A stretch of 63,326 nucleotides of DNA, filler included, from Octopus bimaculoides (Eukaryota), in the NCBI RefSeq assembly GCF_001194135.2. It is 11 parts of 11 records of this genome, joined end to end, with 100 filler letters (N's around TTAATTAATTAA, not from the genome) between each part and the next. Parts side by side here need not be neighbours in the genome. Positions count along the whole stretch, not along the records: positions 8,457 to 28,007 come from NC_068982.1; 10 more parts are not named here. One strand, 5' to 3'. The notes under the pieces are model-generated. The model was given only the letters and a program-made list of their open reading frames with translations. It had not been told where the DNA came from and searched no databases. Positions 12,850 to 25,730 of this stretch are shown piece by piece (positions within the stretch are counted from its first letter, which is position 1; every line of letters begins with the position of its first letter). A program made the translations under genes and the position numbers.

Positions 12850-13300
12850 ATCTTACACTTTTGTGGCCACTTCCGCGGTAATTTCGTTTCGCCTAGCTCT
12901 GAAGTATACTGTATATTTTAACACAATACGGCAAACTTTCTCCATCTCATTATATGGTTCTTCGACGAAGAATTAACAAACGCACTGTAGGTCCAAAACC
13001 ATTGTCTTTGCACTCATATCGTGTTAGGAAGACATAGCTTGCATTTTTTTGCGATTTCCTGTTGATATATTATTTATGTTTTAGTGGAAGACTGCATCCG
13101 TTGCCGCCTGGTAAGCGTGCTGATTTGAAGGTACTTCTGTATCTTGATACCCTACCTCCAAACCGCTTCGTTCGTTGTGTAATGCCACTACTTGTGAAAG
13201 ATCACTACACAATCTCTTTAACAAATAAGAAACCAAAAGATCAATATGTCCTAATTCATAGTGACCCCAACATTCCTATTCTATATGACCCGTGCTGGTT
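12850..13300 (-). mobile_element. Possible decayed 5' part of a Tc1/maT-like transposon
   Basis: Fragments QEIAKKCK and RGSGHKSVR resemble HTH and GRPR motifs; no catalytic domain seen. Confidence 0.3.
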
Positions 13301-13330
13301 GCCCAATATTAGCACACACACACAGACATA

Positions 13331-13555
13331 TACTCTTTTACTCTTTCAGTCATTTGACTTTTTCAGTCATTTGACTGCAGCCATGCTGGAGCACCGCCTT
13401 TAATGCAACAAATCCGCCCCAGGACTTATTCTTTGTAAGCCTAGTGCTTATTCTATCGGTATTTATGGTCGAAACGATAAGCTACAGGCACGTAAACACC
13501 ATAATATCGGTTGTCAAGCGATGGTGGGAGGACAAACACAGACACACAAATACAT
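13331..13555 (-). mobile_element. SINE family B (3' half)
   Basis: TTTCAGTCATTTGACTGCAGCCATGCTGGAGCACCGCC...CCAGGACTTATTCTTTGTAAGCCTAG; short local duplication of TTTCAGTCATTTGACT. Confidence 0.9.
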
Positions 13556-13777
13556 ACATACATACATACATACATACGTATGTATGTATGTATGTATATA
13601 TATANNNNNNNNNNNNNNNNNNNNNNNNNNNNNNNNNNNNNNNNNNNNNNNNNNNNNNNNNNNNNNNNNNNNNNNNNNNNNNNNNNNNNNNNNNNNNNNN
13701 NNNNNNNNNNNNNNNNNNNNNNNNNNNNNNNNNNNNNNNNNNNNNNNNNNNNNNNNNNNNNNNNNNNNNNNNNNNNN

Positions 13778-13809
<32 letters not shown>

Positions 13810-13816
13810 CAGCAGC

Positions 13817-13970
13817 AGCATTTCGTCCGTCTTTACATTCTGAGTTCAAATTCTGGCGAGATCGATTTTGCCTTTCATAATTTATGGGTCGATAAAATAA
13901 GTACCAGTTGAAAATTGGGCACCTTTCCACCGAAAATGCTAGTCTTGTGCCAAAATTTGAAACAACTATT
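13817..13970 (+). mobile_element. 5'-truncated SINE family A
   Basis: Body and CTTGTGCCAAAATTTGAAAC tail present. Confidence 0.8.
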
Positions 13971-14769
13971 TTCTCACATAGGCTCAAAGGCAGATATTTT
14001 GGAGAGTGAAACAGTTTCCTGGTAAGTTATTTTTTCTTGATATCGTTAGTCATTTTGTCCGACACTCGTTAGATTGTCGGACAAATTGACAGTCCACTGC
14101 CTTATACCATCGAAGAAATGATGACTCGCAGTTATAACAATAGATACATAGTGACAATGACAATAACTACAGTAACAATGACAACAGCTTATAATAAACC
14201 ACGAGACCAGCAACCAATATAACAAACAACAATGATTTTTATTGTCATAGCACAAGGTGAGTACTGTGACGTACATTAGAATAAATATGTAATTATATTA
14301 GAATAATAGCATTACTGATTGTGTTTTTATCAACCTGTACGTGGTGAAAGGTAAATTCGACCTTGAAAGTTGAAATGTAAAGCAGAAAATTAGATGAGAT
14401 TAGGCATTTGGTCTGGTGTCTATCGTCCTGTATTATACAGATTTATCATATGAATCTGATGGCCTTACTGTCTAATACAATGATTTCCCATATTAGTTAC
14501 AAATCCACAAATTTATAAAGGAAAGGGTTTAAAGTAGATTGATATTGACGCCAGTACATAAATGATAACTGAGACCAGAAAGATATAATGGAAAATCAAT
14601 ATCGAAGTTACTTGAACTTATTCTTAGAGGCACGGACCTTCCAAATAATTTGTCTGGCGCTTCGCAGTTTCTTCCACACTATCATCCAATAACTATCATC
14701 CAATAATCCTAGCAATAAACATAATAATAATGATGATTTCATACTTTTGTATTCTATTTCCTTCGCTAA

Positions 14770-16150
14770 ATCCTCCAGTATACAGGATCTGATGGTGTGC
14801 TTAGCATCAGACACCACAAAACAATGATAATATCAGAGATACCCTGCATTTCAAAATGATGGACGTTTATTCCAGTTTGCAAGCTTATCCTTTGCTTTCA
14901 CTAATACTGTAGGCACATTTCAACGAATGATCAATGGTATAATTACCCACAGTGATATCAGAGGAGTTCGCACCTAATCTCGACAATATTGTCGTTGGCA
15001 AAAATATTGGGTTGTCCGGAAAGTTCGTGCCGATTTATAGTAGCTTGCCTTTCAACTTATTTGCCATGAAACCACCTCAATTCGGGGAAGAGGGTATTTT
15101 CAAGTTAAAGAAAAGATGGAGACGCATTGTGCAACAAAATGGTTCATATTTAGTTGATTAAAAATGTAATGGCAAGTATTTATTGACCTTTTTCTTTCCT
15201 TTAAAAATCAGCACGGACTTTCTGGACAACCCAATACAATGAGAAATTGGCACAGTTTATTTCAATTACTAAGAGACTCAACATTACATTGAACAATGAC
15301 AAATATTTTCTGTATCAAACATTCAATTATTACCTAGAGGATTAAACAGAAAATAGATCTTTGCAACTTGACCCGGAAAGATTGAATCTTCTCGTTCATT
15401 ACGCACCACTTAGAAATCCTTTACAACCCCAATGACCAGTAGGTTAGTTTAGTTACTATTCTAGGAGCGTCCTTTTCTCGGCTCGGATTTAACCTGTTCC
15501 ATTGCAAAAAAGACATCTAGATATTTACTTGTTTAAAATTTCAATATTTGATGACTTTCTATTTTTATTTTGAGCCCCACTATAAGCTGAAACTGAGGAT
15601 TCTGGAATTCTAAAGTGGAATATGACGATCATAGAAAGTGTTAGAGAAAGGAGACCTCTTTTAATTTCGAGGCTAATATATATCACCCACTGATCAACAA
15701 AACTTTTCGCTCCTAATTAGTTGCGAAAGCAGAGGAGAAACCAAGAATGAAAGCAGTCTTCGTTGGCACATAGAATTATCGCTTTACATTTACGATAGCC
15801 GACATATACTTGAAAAAAGTCAAACAGCTGCTAATGCATTTATCAGATGCTCCTCTTCGTCATCTGTAATCTCAGCTTTGCAAAAGCTGGTATGTCATTC
15901 TTGATGCACCTCGATTATCAGATCAGAACTAAGACATGCCTTTTTCCTTCGATAAAGCTATATGTATGGAGGGAAAAGAACTTATGTCCTATACGTCTCA
16001 TAGTCGGAAATGAAAACCACACTTTTATCATCATCCTCCTGCCAAACTAAAATCGAACACACACTAGTTTGAGTGTCTTGTGTCGACTTCAAAGGCTTTC
16101 TTCAAAATGAACTCTTGTGGAAAATGATGAAGACTCAAGATTTTCATTTA
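14770..16150 (+). mobile_element. Highly decayed Ty3/Gypsy pol remnant (RT, connection, integrase start)
   Basis: YPAFQNDGRLFQFASLSFAFTNTVGTFQRMIN; LDNIVVG; ENRSLQLDPERL; VG*FSYYS; GETKNESSLRWHIELS; VDFKGFL; DEDSRFSF occur in Gypsy order, with stops and frameshifts. Confidence 0.8.
15007..15234 (+). mobile_element. Mariner deletion derivative / MITE nested in the Gypsy RT
   Basis: TIRs TTGGGTTGTCCGGAAAGTTCGTGCCGATTT / AAATCAGCACGGACTTTCTGGACAACCCAA; TA TSD; encodes GIFKLKKRWRRIVQQNGSY (mariner C-terminus). Confidence 0.92.
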
Positions 16151-16485
16151 TAATGGTGTACAAATAACACATCATATCAACCATGGACTATGGTAGTCCT
16201 ACCTGGACATCATATCTCCGCAACAAACTACAATTAAACTATAAAGAACATAAAACAGTGCACACTCTCATACTAATTACACAAAGAAACAGCAATATTA
16301 AAAAGTGAATGACCACGTAGGCATGCAAAGAGCACAGTTCCTTTCGCAGCAAGCTTCAACTTCATAACCTCTGTCAGTGCATGAAAAATCATTCCAAATT
16401 CCCAGACAGATATACACCAACCCAGAACACTACAGCAACATCCTAAAAACTCTATCATTTCTTTAGTGAATATTTGCCACTGATG

Positions 16486-16698
16486 AAGGCGGCGAGCTGA
16501 CAGAAACGCTAGCACGCCGGGCGAAATGCTCAGCGGCATTTTGTCTGCCTTTACATCCAGAGTTCAAATCCCACAAAGGTCGACTTTACCTTTCATCCTT
16601 TCGGAGTCGATAGATTAAGTACTAGTTGCATACTGAAGTCCATCTAATCGACTGGCTTCCTCTCCAAAAATTTCGGACCTTGTGCTTAGAGTAGAAAA
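16486..16698 (+). mobile_element. Full-length SINE family A with 18-bp TSD
   Basis: GAATATTTGCCACTGATG (16468-16485) and GAATATTTGCCACCGACG (16699-16716). Confidence 0.95.
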
Positions 16699-17743
16699 GA
16701 ATATTTGCCACCGACGATCATAAAAGAAGCAGAAATCTAGATTTAGCAATTCGACCACCGCTACTGGACATTTTTCACCTGACTCTGATATGCCTGTGTG
16801 CGTTTTAGCACTATACGTGTATACGAGATGCTGTCTCGAGAAGAACATCACAGTTCTGTGGCTTTCTACCGCATATCCACGATAAGTTATCATTTCTACT
16901 CAGCCCAGATACGCTTAACTGTATCGAAGGCAGTGAAATAGCTTCAGCATCAATAGCTCCATTGGCCGTACACACTGCGCTCATACGAGCAGCGTAACTG
17001 CAACTATTGCACTCCAAACCGCCTTCTTTGCAGTTACCAAAAGAATCTACGGGCGTTTAAGAATAGATTTGGACAATGGAGAGACTGCCGTATAGCCAGA
17101 TTTCCACACTACACTCCAAGATGATTGATTACTGTATGTCGGAGTACTATGGGTCTCGGCTAGGAAGTGATATGCTATGACTAGGAAGATGTATCTGACG
17201 ACGATAGCTTGTCTCTAGGCTTGGGGTTACACAACAATAACGCTACAAAAACTACAAAACAAACACAAAGATTCATTATAACAAAAAACAACAAAGCGTA
17301 AATCAATCAAGCAAGCCGAAAAAAAAGTCAAGCGTATAAAACAAGTAAAAATAACAAAGAGACAAAAATCATAAAACCCACAATAAATACATCCTACCTC
17401 CTACACCTTTTTTCCACAAACAAACATGAGAACATCACAACACGACTAACAATCACAACAGCAATAAAGATGTTAAGCTANNNNNNNNNNNNNNNNNNNN
17501 NNNNNNNNNNNNNNNNNNNNNNNNNNNNNNNNNNNNNNNNNNNNNNNNNNNNNNNNNNNNNNNNNNNNNNNNNNNNNNNNNNNNNNNNNNNNNNNNNNNN
17601 NNNNNNNNNNNNNNNNNNNNNNNTATTATCAAGGACGAAATAACGGCTAACAACAAACGTAACACTATATAAGTTGAACACCTTCCCTCACCCTCACCAT
17701 CACCAGCACCATCACCAGCACCACCAGCCCCCTAACATATCAC

Positions 17744-17788
<45 letters not shown>

Positions 17789-18477
17789 CACACTCACACA
17801 TGCACGCACGCATACACATTCACATTGCCGCAAAGGCCTCTCATTTCTACTATTATATTACTACTCCATAATACTATACTCGACAGTTACGCGTACAACG
17901 AACTCTTATACAGAATATATCTATATATAGACTAAATCAAGCTTTCGTTTTCGCAAAAGATTTCTGCTTTCGTTTTTGTTTTCGTTTTGGTTTTCGTTGC
18001 TTTCTTTGTTTTTCTCGTTCTGAATTTCTTTCTTTATTTTGTTTATCTTTACTTTTATTTTATTTATTATTATTTTTTTTTTGCATCTTTTTTTTTCATC
18101 ATATTCATTTCTTAAACTTGACCGTGAAAAAAACAGAGAAAGGAAAGTGAATAGAAGGCAGGTGCCACCCCACCCGTTCTTTGCCACTCTACCCAGAGTC
18201 ATGGAGGGAGGAGAAGGAAGCGGAGGAGGAGGAGGTTGGAGAAGGTTAGAGGAGGTAAAGAATCACTGCTTTGTAGTGAGTAGTAGTAGTAGTAGGAAAG
18301 TAAGGGATTGGTTGGTGGGTTACTATATTTACTTATTTATTTGTTTGGTTGGTTGGATGGTTAGTTTGGATGGGGGGGGGGAGAATGAGCAGGAAAAAAG
18401 AAACAAAGAGAAAGCAGCTACCTTCCTTTGCAAAACTTCAGTTGAATTACCGAACAGACAGAATAAGAATACATACA

Positions 18478-18513
<36 letters not shown>

Positions 18514-18557
18514 TATATGTATATGTATGTAAGTATGTATGTATGTATGTATATGTA

Positions 18558-18614
<57 letters not shown>

Positions 18615-18615
18615 C

Positions 18616-18661
<46 letters not shown>

Positions 18662-18693
18662 TGTATGTATGTATATGTATATATATATATATA

Positions 18694-18727
<34 letters not shown>

Positions 18728-20338
18728 NNNNNNNNNNNNNNNNNNNNNNNNNNNNNNNNNNNNNNNNNNNNNNNNNNNNNNNNNNNNNNNNNNNNNNNNN
18801 NNNNNNNNNNNNNNNNNNNNNNNNNNNNNNNNNNNNNNNNNNNNNNNNNNNNNNNNNNNNNNNNNNNNNNNNNNNNNNNNNNNNNNNNNNNNNNNNNNNN
18901 NNNNNNNNNNNNNNNNNNNNNNNNNNNNNNNNNNNNNNNNNNNNNNNNNNNNNNNNNNNNNNNNNNNNNNNNNNNNNNNNNNNNNNNNNNNNNNNNNNNN
19001 NNNNNNNNNNNNNNNNNNNNNNNNNNNNNNNNNNNNNNNNNNNNNNNNNNNNNNNNNNNNNNNNNNNNNNNNNNNNNNNNNNNNNNNNNNNNNNNNNNNN
19101 NNNNNNNNNNNNNNNNNNNNNNNNNNNNNNNNNNNNNNNNNNNNNNNNNNNNNNNNNNNNNNNNNNNNNNNNNNNNATATATACATATGTATGTATGAAC
19201 GCATGTATATATGTGTATGTGTGTGTGTGTGTGTGTGTGTGCATAATTCTCCCATTCTTCCTTCGGTATCTAGTCTTCGTCTACTTCTTTCCCCCCTTAT
19301 CGTCTCTCTGTTTCACTTCCCAACCCCTTCAATAAGTGCAATTCGCTTTCTCTTTTTCTTTTTCCTTCACATATATACACATGCATGCGTACACGCCCTT
19401 ATACATGCACAAATACATGCGTGTATTTTTATGCATTGCGTACGTATGTACAAACACACATACACACATAAACCATGCCTTTTGAATTTCTCATTTTTTT
19501 TTGCATTTTGTATATATACATTTTCTCTTGTTTTACTTTCATATTTGAATCCGCTTTCTTTTTTCAAATCCTTGTTCTCCTTTCCGCGTTTTCATTGTTT
19601 TATTTACCCCATTTTTCTTTTTTTTTTCCTTCCTTCCTTCCTTCAGTCATTTCAATTTTTCTTTTTTTTATGCTTTATCTTTCTCTCGCCTTTTCTTACT
19701 TACACTAAAAGTTGAATTCCGGGGGAAGCCCAACAATCTTATTGCACACACAAGCACATATTCTCCCCCCCCTCTCTCTCTCTCTGTCCCTTTCTCTTTC
19801 TTTTCAAGTATAGACACAAATACACACGCGCGCACACGCACACACGTACACATGCCCATACACATAAATAGGCGCCCAGAACACTGAGATACCGACTGTA
19901 TGCATTAGTTTGTACTCTTACGACCTAGTAACGGTGTTTACAATGACATAATGTTTTCTAATGTTTATATTAGAACAAGAAACCGTTAATTTTCTTTCAT
20001 ATATCTATGTACATATGTATGTATATATGCACAAACAAACATACATACATACATACATACATACATGCATACATGCATGCATACATCTCTGGTGTGTAGA
20101 CGAATGTACAGAGGAAATACAGGCCGTATGAGACACGGCCATCATCAGGCGGGCCGCACGACTAAAACAAAATTCAAGGTAATTTTTTTTTATTATGCCT
20201 GCCACTCTGAAAGTCCCGCGGGCCGCAGTTTATTTATGACCGGAGTAAATAATGAACTTCGAACGAACTAATAGATTACAACACACGTAACCGAATACTT
20301 TTGATACTGTTTATAGATAAGTAATGTATGTGCAACCT

Positions 20339-20535
20339 AAAGCGACGAGCTGGCAGAAGCGTTAGCACGCCGGACCAAATGTATCTTCACGTTCTGCGCT
20401 CAAATATCGTCGGAGTCGACTTTATCTTTCATCCTTTCGGGCTCGATGAAATAAAGTACCAGTTGAACACTGGGGTCGAGGCAGTCGACTCAACTCCTAC
20501 CCGAAAGTACTAACCTTGTACCAAAATTTGAAATT
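20339..20535 (+). mobile_element. SINE family A with TSD
   Basis: Family A body; flanks TAAT(G/A)TATGTGCAAC. Confidence 0.85.
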
Positions 20536-20730
20536 AATATATGTGCAACTTTTGGTTTCTTCTAGATGTTTTTTCTCGTTTTATTTCTTTCACATTGGCT
20601 GTTTTTTGGTCAAAGCTTTAATTTATTCTTAATTATTTACAAAACATTTTCAGTGACAACGGTCAGATGTAACTTTCCTCGTAATATTAACAATCCTGCG
20701 TAAATTGGTTTTATATTGTTGAACATTCTA

Positions 20731-20952
20731 AAGGCAGCAAGTTGGTAGAATCGTGAACGCATTCAGGCATTAATTCTTGATGACATTTCTTTCGGCGATA
20801 CGTTCTGAGTTTAAATACCACCGATATTGACATGACCTTACACCCCTTTAGGAACCATAAAATAAGTACCAGTTGAGCATCGGGGTCGACATAATCTACT
20901 ATCCGCCCAACCGCTACATTTCAAGCTTTGTTCCTATAATAGAAACAAAAAA
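20731..20952 (+). mobile_element. Old SINE family A copy
   Basis: Diverged head and body; GTTGAACATT on both flanks. Confidence 0.7.
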
Positions 20953-21897
20953 CCGTTGAACATTTTGTCTAGTGTTTCATAATGTAGCTTCAACTGACTG
21001 CATGTTCGTAAGTATTCAACAGGGCCTAAACTTGGCTAATGAGATTAAGTTGAAAGTATTACCTTATTTATTGTACAGTTTATCAAAGAAAATATCTTCT
21101 GACACTTAAGTAACCGCTCCTCTCCTCCGAAAACTCATCTGACAGCAATACGTGCATATACAAGCATGCAAGTTGCTGTTGTTGTTTGCGTTAGCTGCTT
21201 GCTTTACAGAGTTTCTCGTTTTGTTTTCATTTGTTGTTTATCTTTCAGTAGTTAACAGATGATGATGACAGCGATGACGACAACGACGATGACATGGGTG
21301 ATAATGATGCAGCTCAACTATTCACTTTAATCAGTGAATGTTTCTACTATATTCTGTTGTGTCTGGGGAGAGCCATTTTCTTTTTCTGCTTTATAATCTA
21401 ACACACTCGCCGGTAAAATTTCCACTTATTTCTTATTTTTATTTTCCTAAAATTTTCGTTGCGTCTTGCAACCTCTTCAATATTCTTGACTTTACTATAA
21501 ATTTTGTACCAAATCGGAAAAATACAAATAAAATAGTTTAAATTGACAGAAAGTTTTACTTTAGACGCATTGCTTTAACATTAATTCTATTAATAAAAAG
21601 TAGTAATTTTTTCCTGATTTCAACAGTCTTAAATTTAGTTGGACTGTAGACATGCCGGGCATAGCACCGTCTTGGGCGGGCATTGAGACACTGATACACG
21701 TAAAAAAAGTTAGCAGCAGACAGCGATACTTGTGTTCTAACTAGAAATGCAATCGAATGTGTTGACAATGAACTCAACTAGTGACTTTCAGTTATTTGTG
21801 ATTGTGAGGAACGCCGCAAAGTTGCATTTGGCTATCATTCAATGTTGTCACATGAAATATTTCAACAGACATTTCTGGAAACACATACACACACACG

Positions 21898-21941
<44 letters not shown>

Positions 21942-21942
21942 C

Positions 21943-21975
<33 letters not shown>

Positions 21976-24034
21976 CCTACGTAACAAACATACGAACATG
22001 GCAACTATAACTGATATTTCTCTGCAGACTGAAAAAAAACAGACAATCACGAAAAATAGCCGATTTGCGGTATGCAGCAGAGGTGTCAACGTCATTTGAT
22101 CAACGATAAGAAGATAAGTAGCCAATCTCATTATATACTCAAGAAATCCAGTAGCTTCAGAGAACTGGCACTACTAATTTGCATACTATAACTATTTAAT
22201 TCTTTAATGCTGGTGGCTTGTCGGTGGGAATCTCAGTTCACACAGTATCAAGAAATGATATAAAATATGTAAACGTACGAAGCCGAGATACAATCATGGC
22301 AAATTCGACTATTTTTCCGTAGACTGAAAAACTGAAAAGCCTTATTCGATTTTCAAACCTTAGAACGATGTCACTAGAAAGACTTACACATGACATACAC
22401 AGAAAAATACAATTTACTGGTACATTGTTTTTACAATTTTTACTTTAGTATTCGTAGATATATTTGCGTTAACTTATTAAGTAAATACACTCTTTATACG
22501 CAGCCCCGAGGAAACAGCTAAAGATCTTTTACTATCTGTTAGAAACTAATGAATAAGCTAAGGCTGAGAGTTTCAGTAAATGTGATAATGCCTGTATGTG
22601 CATGGGTGTATGTACAGTGTGGGTTTCATGCTATAAACTGTGTTTAAGCTACTTTGAGATTTTTATTATTAACGAGAGTAACGCCAACTAACTATTAATA
22701 CTATTAAATAAAAAGAGTAAACAATGATAAAAATAGCAATGGCCGATATTCATTTTATGTATATTTCTTAGCAAATAAATACTAAATGTCATCTGTCTAA
22801 CGAAAACAAAATGGAGTTTTATATAACACTTAGATATCAATTACCATTCATCAGCTGCTACATTTACCATGTACACCCTCCTAAGATCAAGCAACGACAG
22901 GACCTGTGGTTCCTGTCATTGTTTATCAAATGACGGGAGCTACAGGTAGACCAGTTGACTTGAAGAGACTATGGTTTGTATTCTGTCTCTGTCTGTGCGC
23001 AGTGTCCGTAGCCCAAACAGTTTTAAAGTCTCAACATTCGTAGATGTTGGCGATATCAAAACAGTGTTAAAAGCAAACGTAGTTCAGACAAATTGAGAAT
23101 TTTGTTGAATCCTGTTTAGTTATTCAATCTCATAAATCTGCCCACTCGTGAGCATGATTTCATTAGGTATTTATTATGGTTCATCTCATATGTAAAGACA
23201 CACGCACAAACACACACACAACACACACACACACATATATATATACATGCATATACCTGAAAGAACACACTTGCAATCATTAACTTTCGACGTAGCAAAT
23301 GAGAATTGTAAGATGCATCGTTTTTTCAGATTAAATAAGATCCCCACATTTTATAGAACATAGATTCCAAAATTTAATTTTGAACTTCTTCAATAAGAAT
23401 ATTTATTAAGGAAGTATTACTGAAAACAGAAGAAATCGTTGATTTTTTATTGTTGATTTTTGTTTCTTTTTAGTAAACGTACTTTTTTCTATAGTTATAA
23501 AGTAGAATAGGACAAATGTTAACATGTAAATTTTGGACTTATTTTATAAATCGATAACATCCAATTTAGTAAAATAACATCATTTGCAGCTAAAACTTAT
23601 CTCACCTTTAAGATCGTTTCATACTTGGAGATATAAAACGCTTATAGTGAAGGTGAAACAAGACTGCCGTCGGGCCCTTGTGAAAGAACGTCCTAGTAAG
23701 GGGTCCTAATTATTTTTATTTTATTTTGTTTGTTAGGGAAGACCCCCGGCAAATAATCATGGGTAGAGCGGGTTGCGGTCCGATCTAAAGGCGCGGGCTG
23801 AATCCAACACTATTATGTCTAGGTAAGTTAAACAATAGTGGAATATTGATGATCTTATCGATCCAGTATATTACTGATATTGAATTTAGCAACGGCAGAG
23901 GGACGAAAACTAACGAGTTATCATCCGGATAACCACAATGAAATAACAAGTGTTTCAACAAATTGTTGAATGCCCTTGTGATGTGCCCCTCATCTATGCC
24001 CTAGTGGGTAGTAAAAGAAATTATTATTATTATT

Positions 24035-24205
24035 CAACAGTCTTATTTTCACTGCACCGCCAAGAGCAGCTCTGTGTGCCTTGGATATGTGCAGCGGTTT
24101 GTTGTGGTGTTCTTATTTTCACTGTACTGAAAGAGCTTTATGTAGGACATGTGTGGTGCCTGGTATTGCTATTTTCTGTATGTTATATACACTTGTAAGT
24201 CCTGG
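24035..24205 (-). mobile_element. 3' end of RLE LINE (type 2, R4/Dong-like)
   Basis: PGLTSVYNIQKIAIPGTTHVLHKALSVQ* then a short UTR and (AAT)n. Confidence 0.8.
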
Positions 24206-24212
24206 TGTTTTA

Positions 24213-24420
24213 TTAGCAAGCCGGGCGAAATACTTAGCGATATTTAGTCTGCCGTTACGTTCTGAGTTCAAATTCCGCCGAGGTCGACTTTGCCTTTCAT
24301 CCTTTCGGAGTCGATTAAATAAGTACCGGTTACACACTGAGGTCGAAATAATCAACTTAATCCCTGTCTGTCCTTGTTTGTCCTTTCTATGTTTAGCCCC
24401 CTGTGGGCAATAAAGAAATG
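24213..24420 (+). mobile_element. SINE family A with alternative 3' tail
   Basis: Family A body followed by CCCTGTCTGTCCTTGTTTGTCC...GGGCAATAAAGAAAT, then (ATT)n. Confidence 0.85.
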
Positions 24421-24421
24421 A

Positions 24422-24537
<116 letters not shown>

Positions 24538-24732
24538 GGCGGCGAGCTGGAATGATCATTAGCGCGCTGGACGAAATGCTTAGTGGTATTTCGCCCCGTC
24601 GCTCCGTTCTGAGTTCAAATTCCGCCGAGGTTCAACTTTGCCTTTCATCTTTTCGGGGTCGATAAAATAAGAACCTGTTGAACACTGGGGGTCGATGCAA
24701 TAGACTCATCCCCTCCCCCAAAATTTGAAAGC
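24538..24732 (+). mobile_element. SINE family A following an (ATT)n tract (24421-24536)
   Basis: Head and body match family A. Confidence 0.88.
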
Positions 24733-24751
24733 ATCAGCATCATCATCATCA

Positions 24752-24794
<43 letters not shown>

Positions 24795-25119
24795 TATTAA
24801 TATTAGTAGTAGTAGTAGTAGTAGTATTTACTGGTACGGGATGAGAGAATAATGTTGTGCTTTTAATATATCCTTCAACGTGACTAATTGGGTTGAAAAA
24901 CCTTTCAACTGAATTATAGAAATCGAACACCCTACTTCACCTGGGGGAGGAGAGGGGCTTATGCGTGTTTTGGATCGTTTGCTAACCTTACCGTTACCAA
25001 TAATAATTTCGCTGTTGAGAACAAAAGACAAGAACTACAACATCATCAGGGGCAGGAGTAGCAAAAGCAGCAGCAGCAGCGGGTGACAGAAGTAATAAAA
25101 ACAAAGGATAACGGCAAAT

Positions 25120-25281
25120 TACTACTACTACTACCACTACTACTACTACTACTACTACTAGCACCACCACAGGCACCACTGTTACCATCACGACCACCAC
25201 TACTACTGCTAGCTCCACCACCACCACCATCACCACTACCACCACCACTACTACTACTACTAGCACCACCACCACCACCAA

Positions 25282-25322
<41 letters not shown>

Positions 25323-25403
25323 GCACTACTACTACTACTACTACTACTACAACTACTACTACTACTACTAGCACCACCACAGGCACCACCACCACCACTA
25401 CTA

Positions 25404-25460
<57 letters not shown>

Positions 25461-25598
25461 GCACCACCACAGGCACCACTGCTACCATCACGACCACCAC
25501 TACTACTGCTAGCTCCACTACCACCACCATCACCACTACCACCACCACTACTACTACTACTAGCACCACCACCACCACCACCACTACCACTACTACTA

Positions 25599-25634
<36 letters not shown>

Positions 25635-25676
25635 GCACCACCACAGGCACCACCACCACCACCACCACCACCACTG

Positions 25677-25730
<54 letters not shown>
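25120..25730. repeat. (ACT)n/(ACC)n cryptic satellite with 300-bp higher-order duplication
   Basis: Blocks starting at 25141 and 25441 are nearly identical for more than 120 bp. Confidence 0.9.

Noticed and set aside
13085-13110. 26-nt micro-exon (TTTAG/…CTG/GTAAGC)
   Set aside because: No partner exons, length not a multiple of 3, and it lies antisense in a probable transposon remnant.
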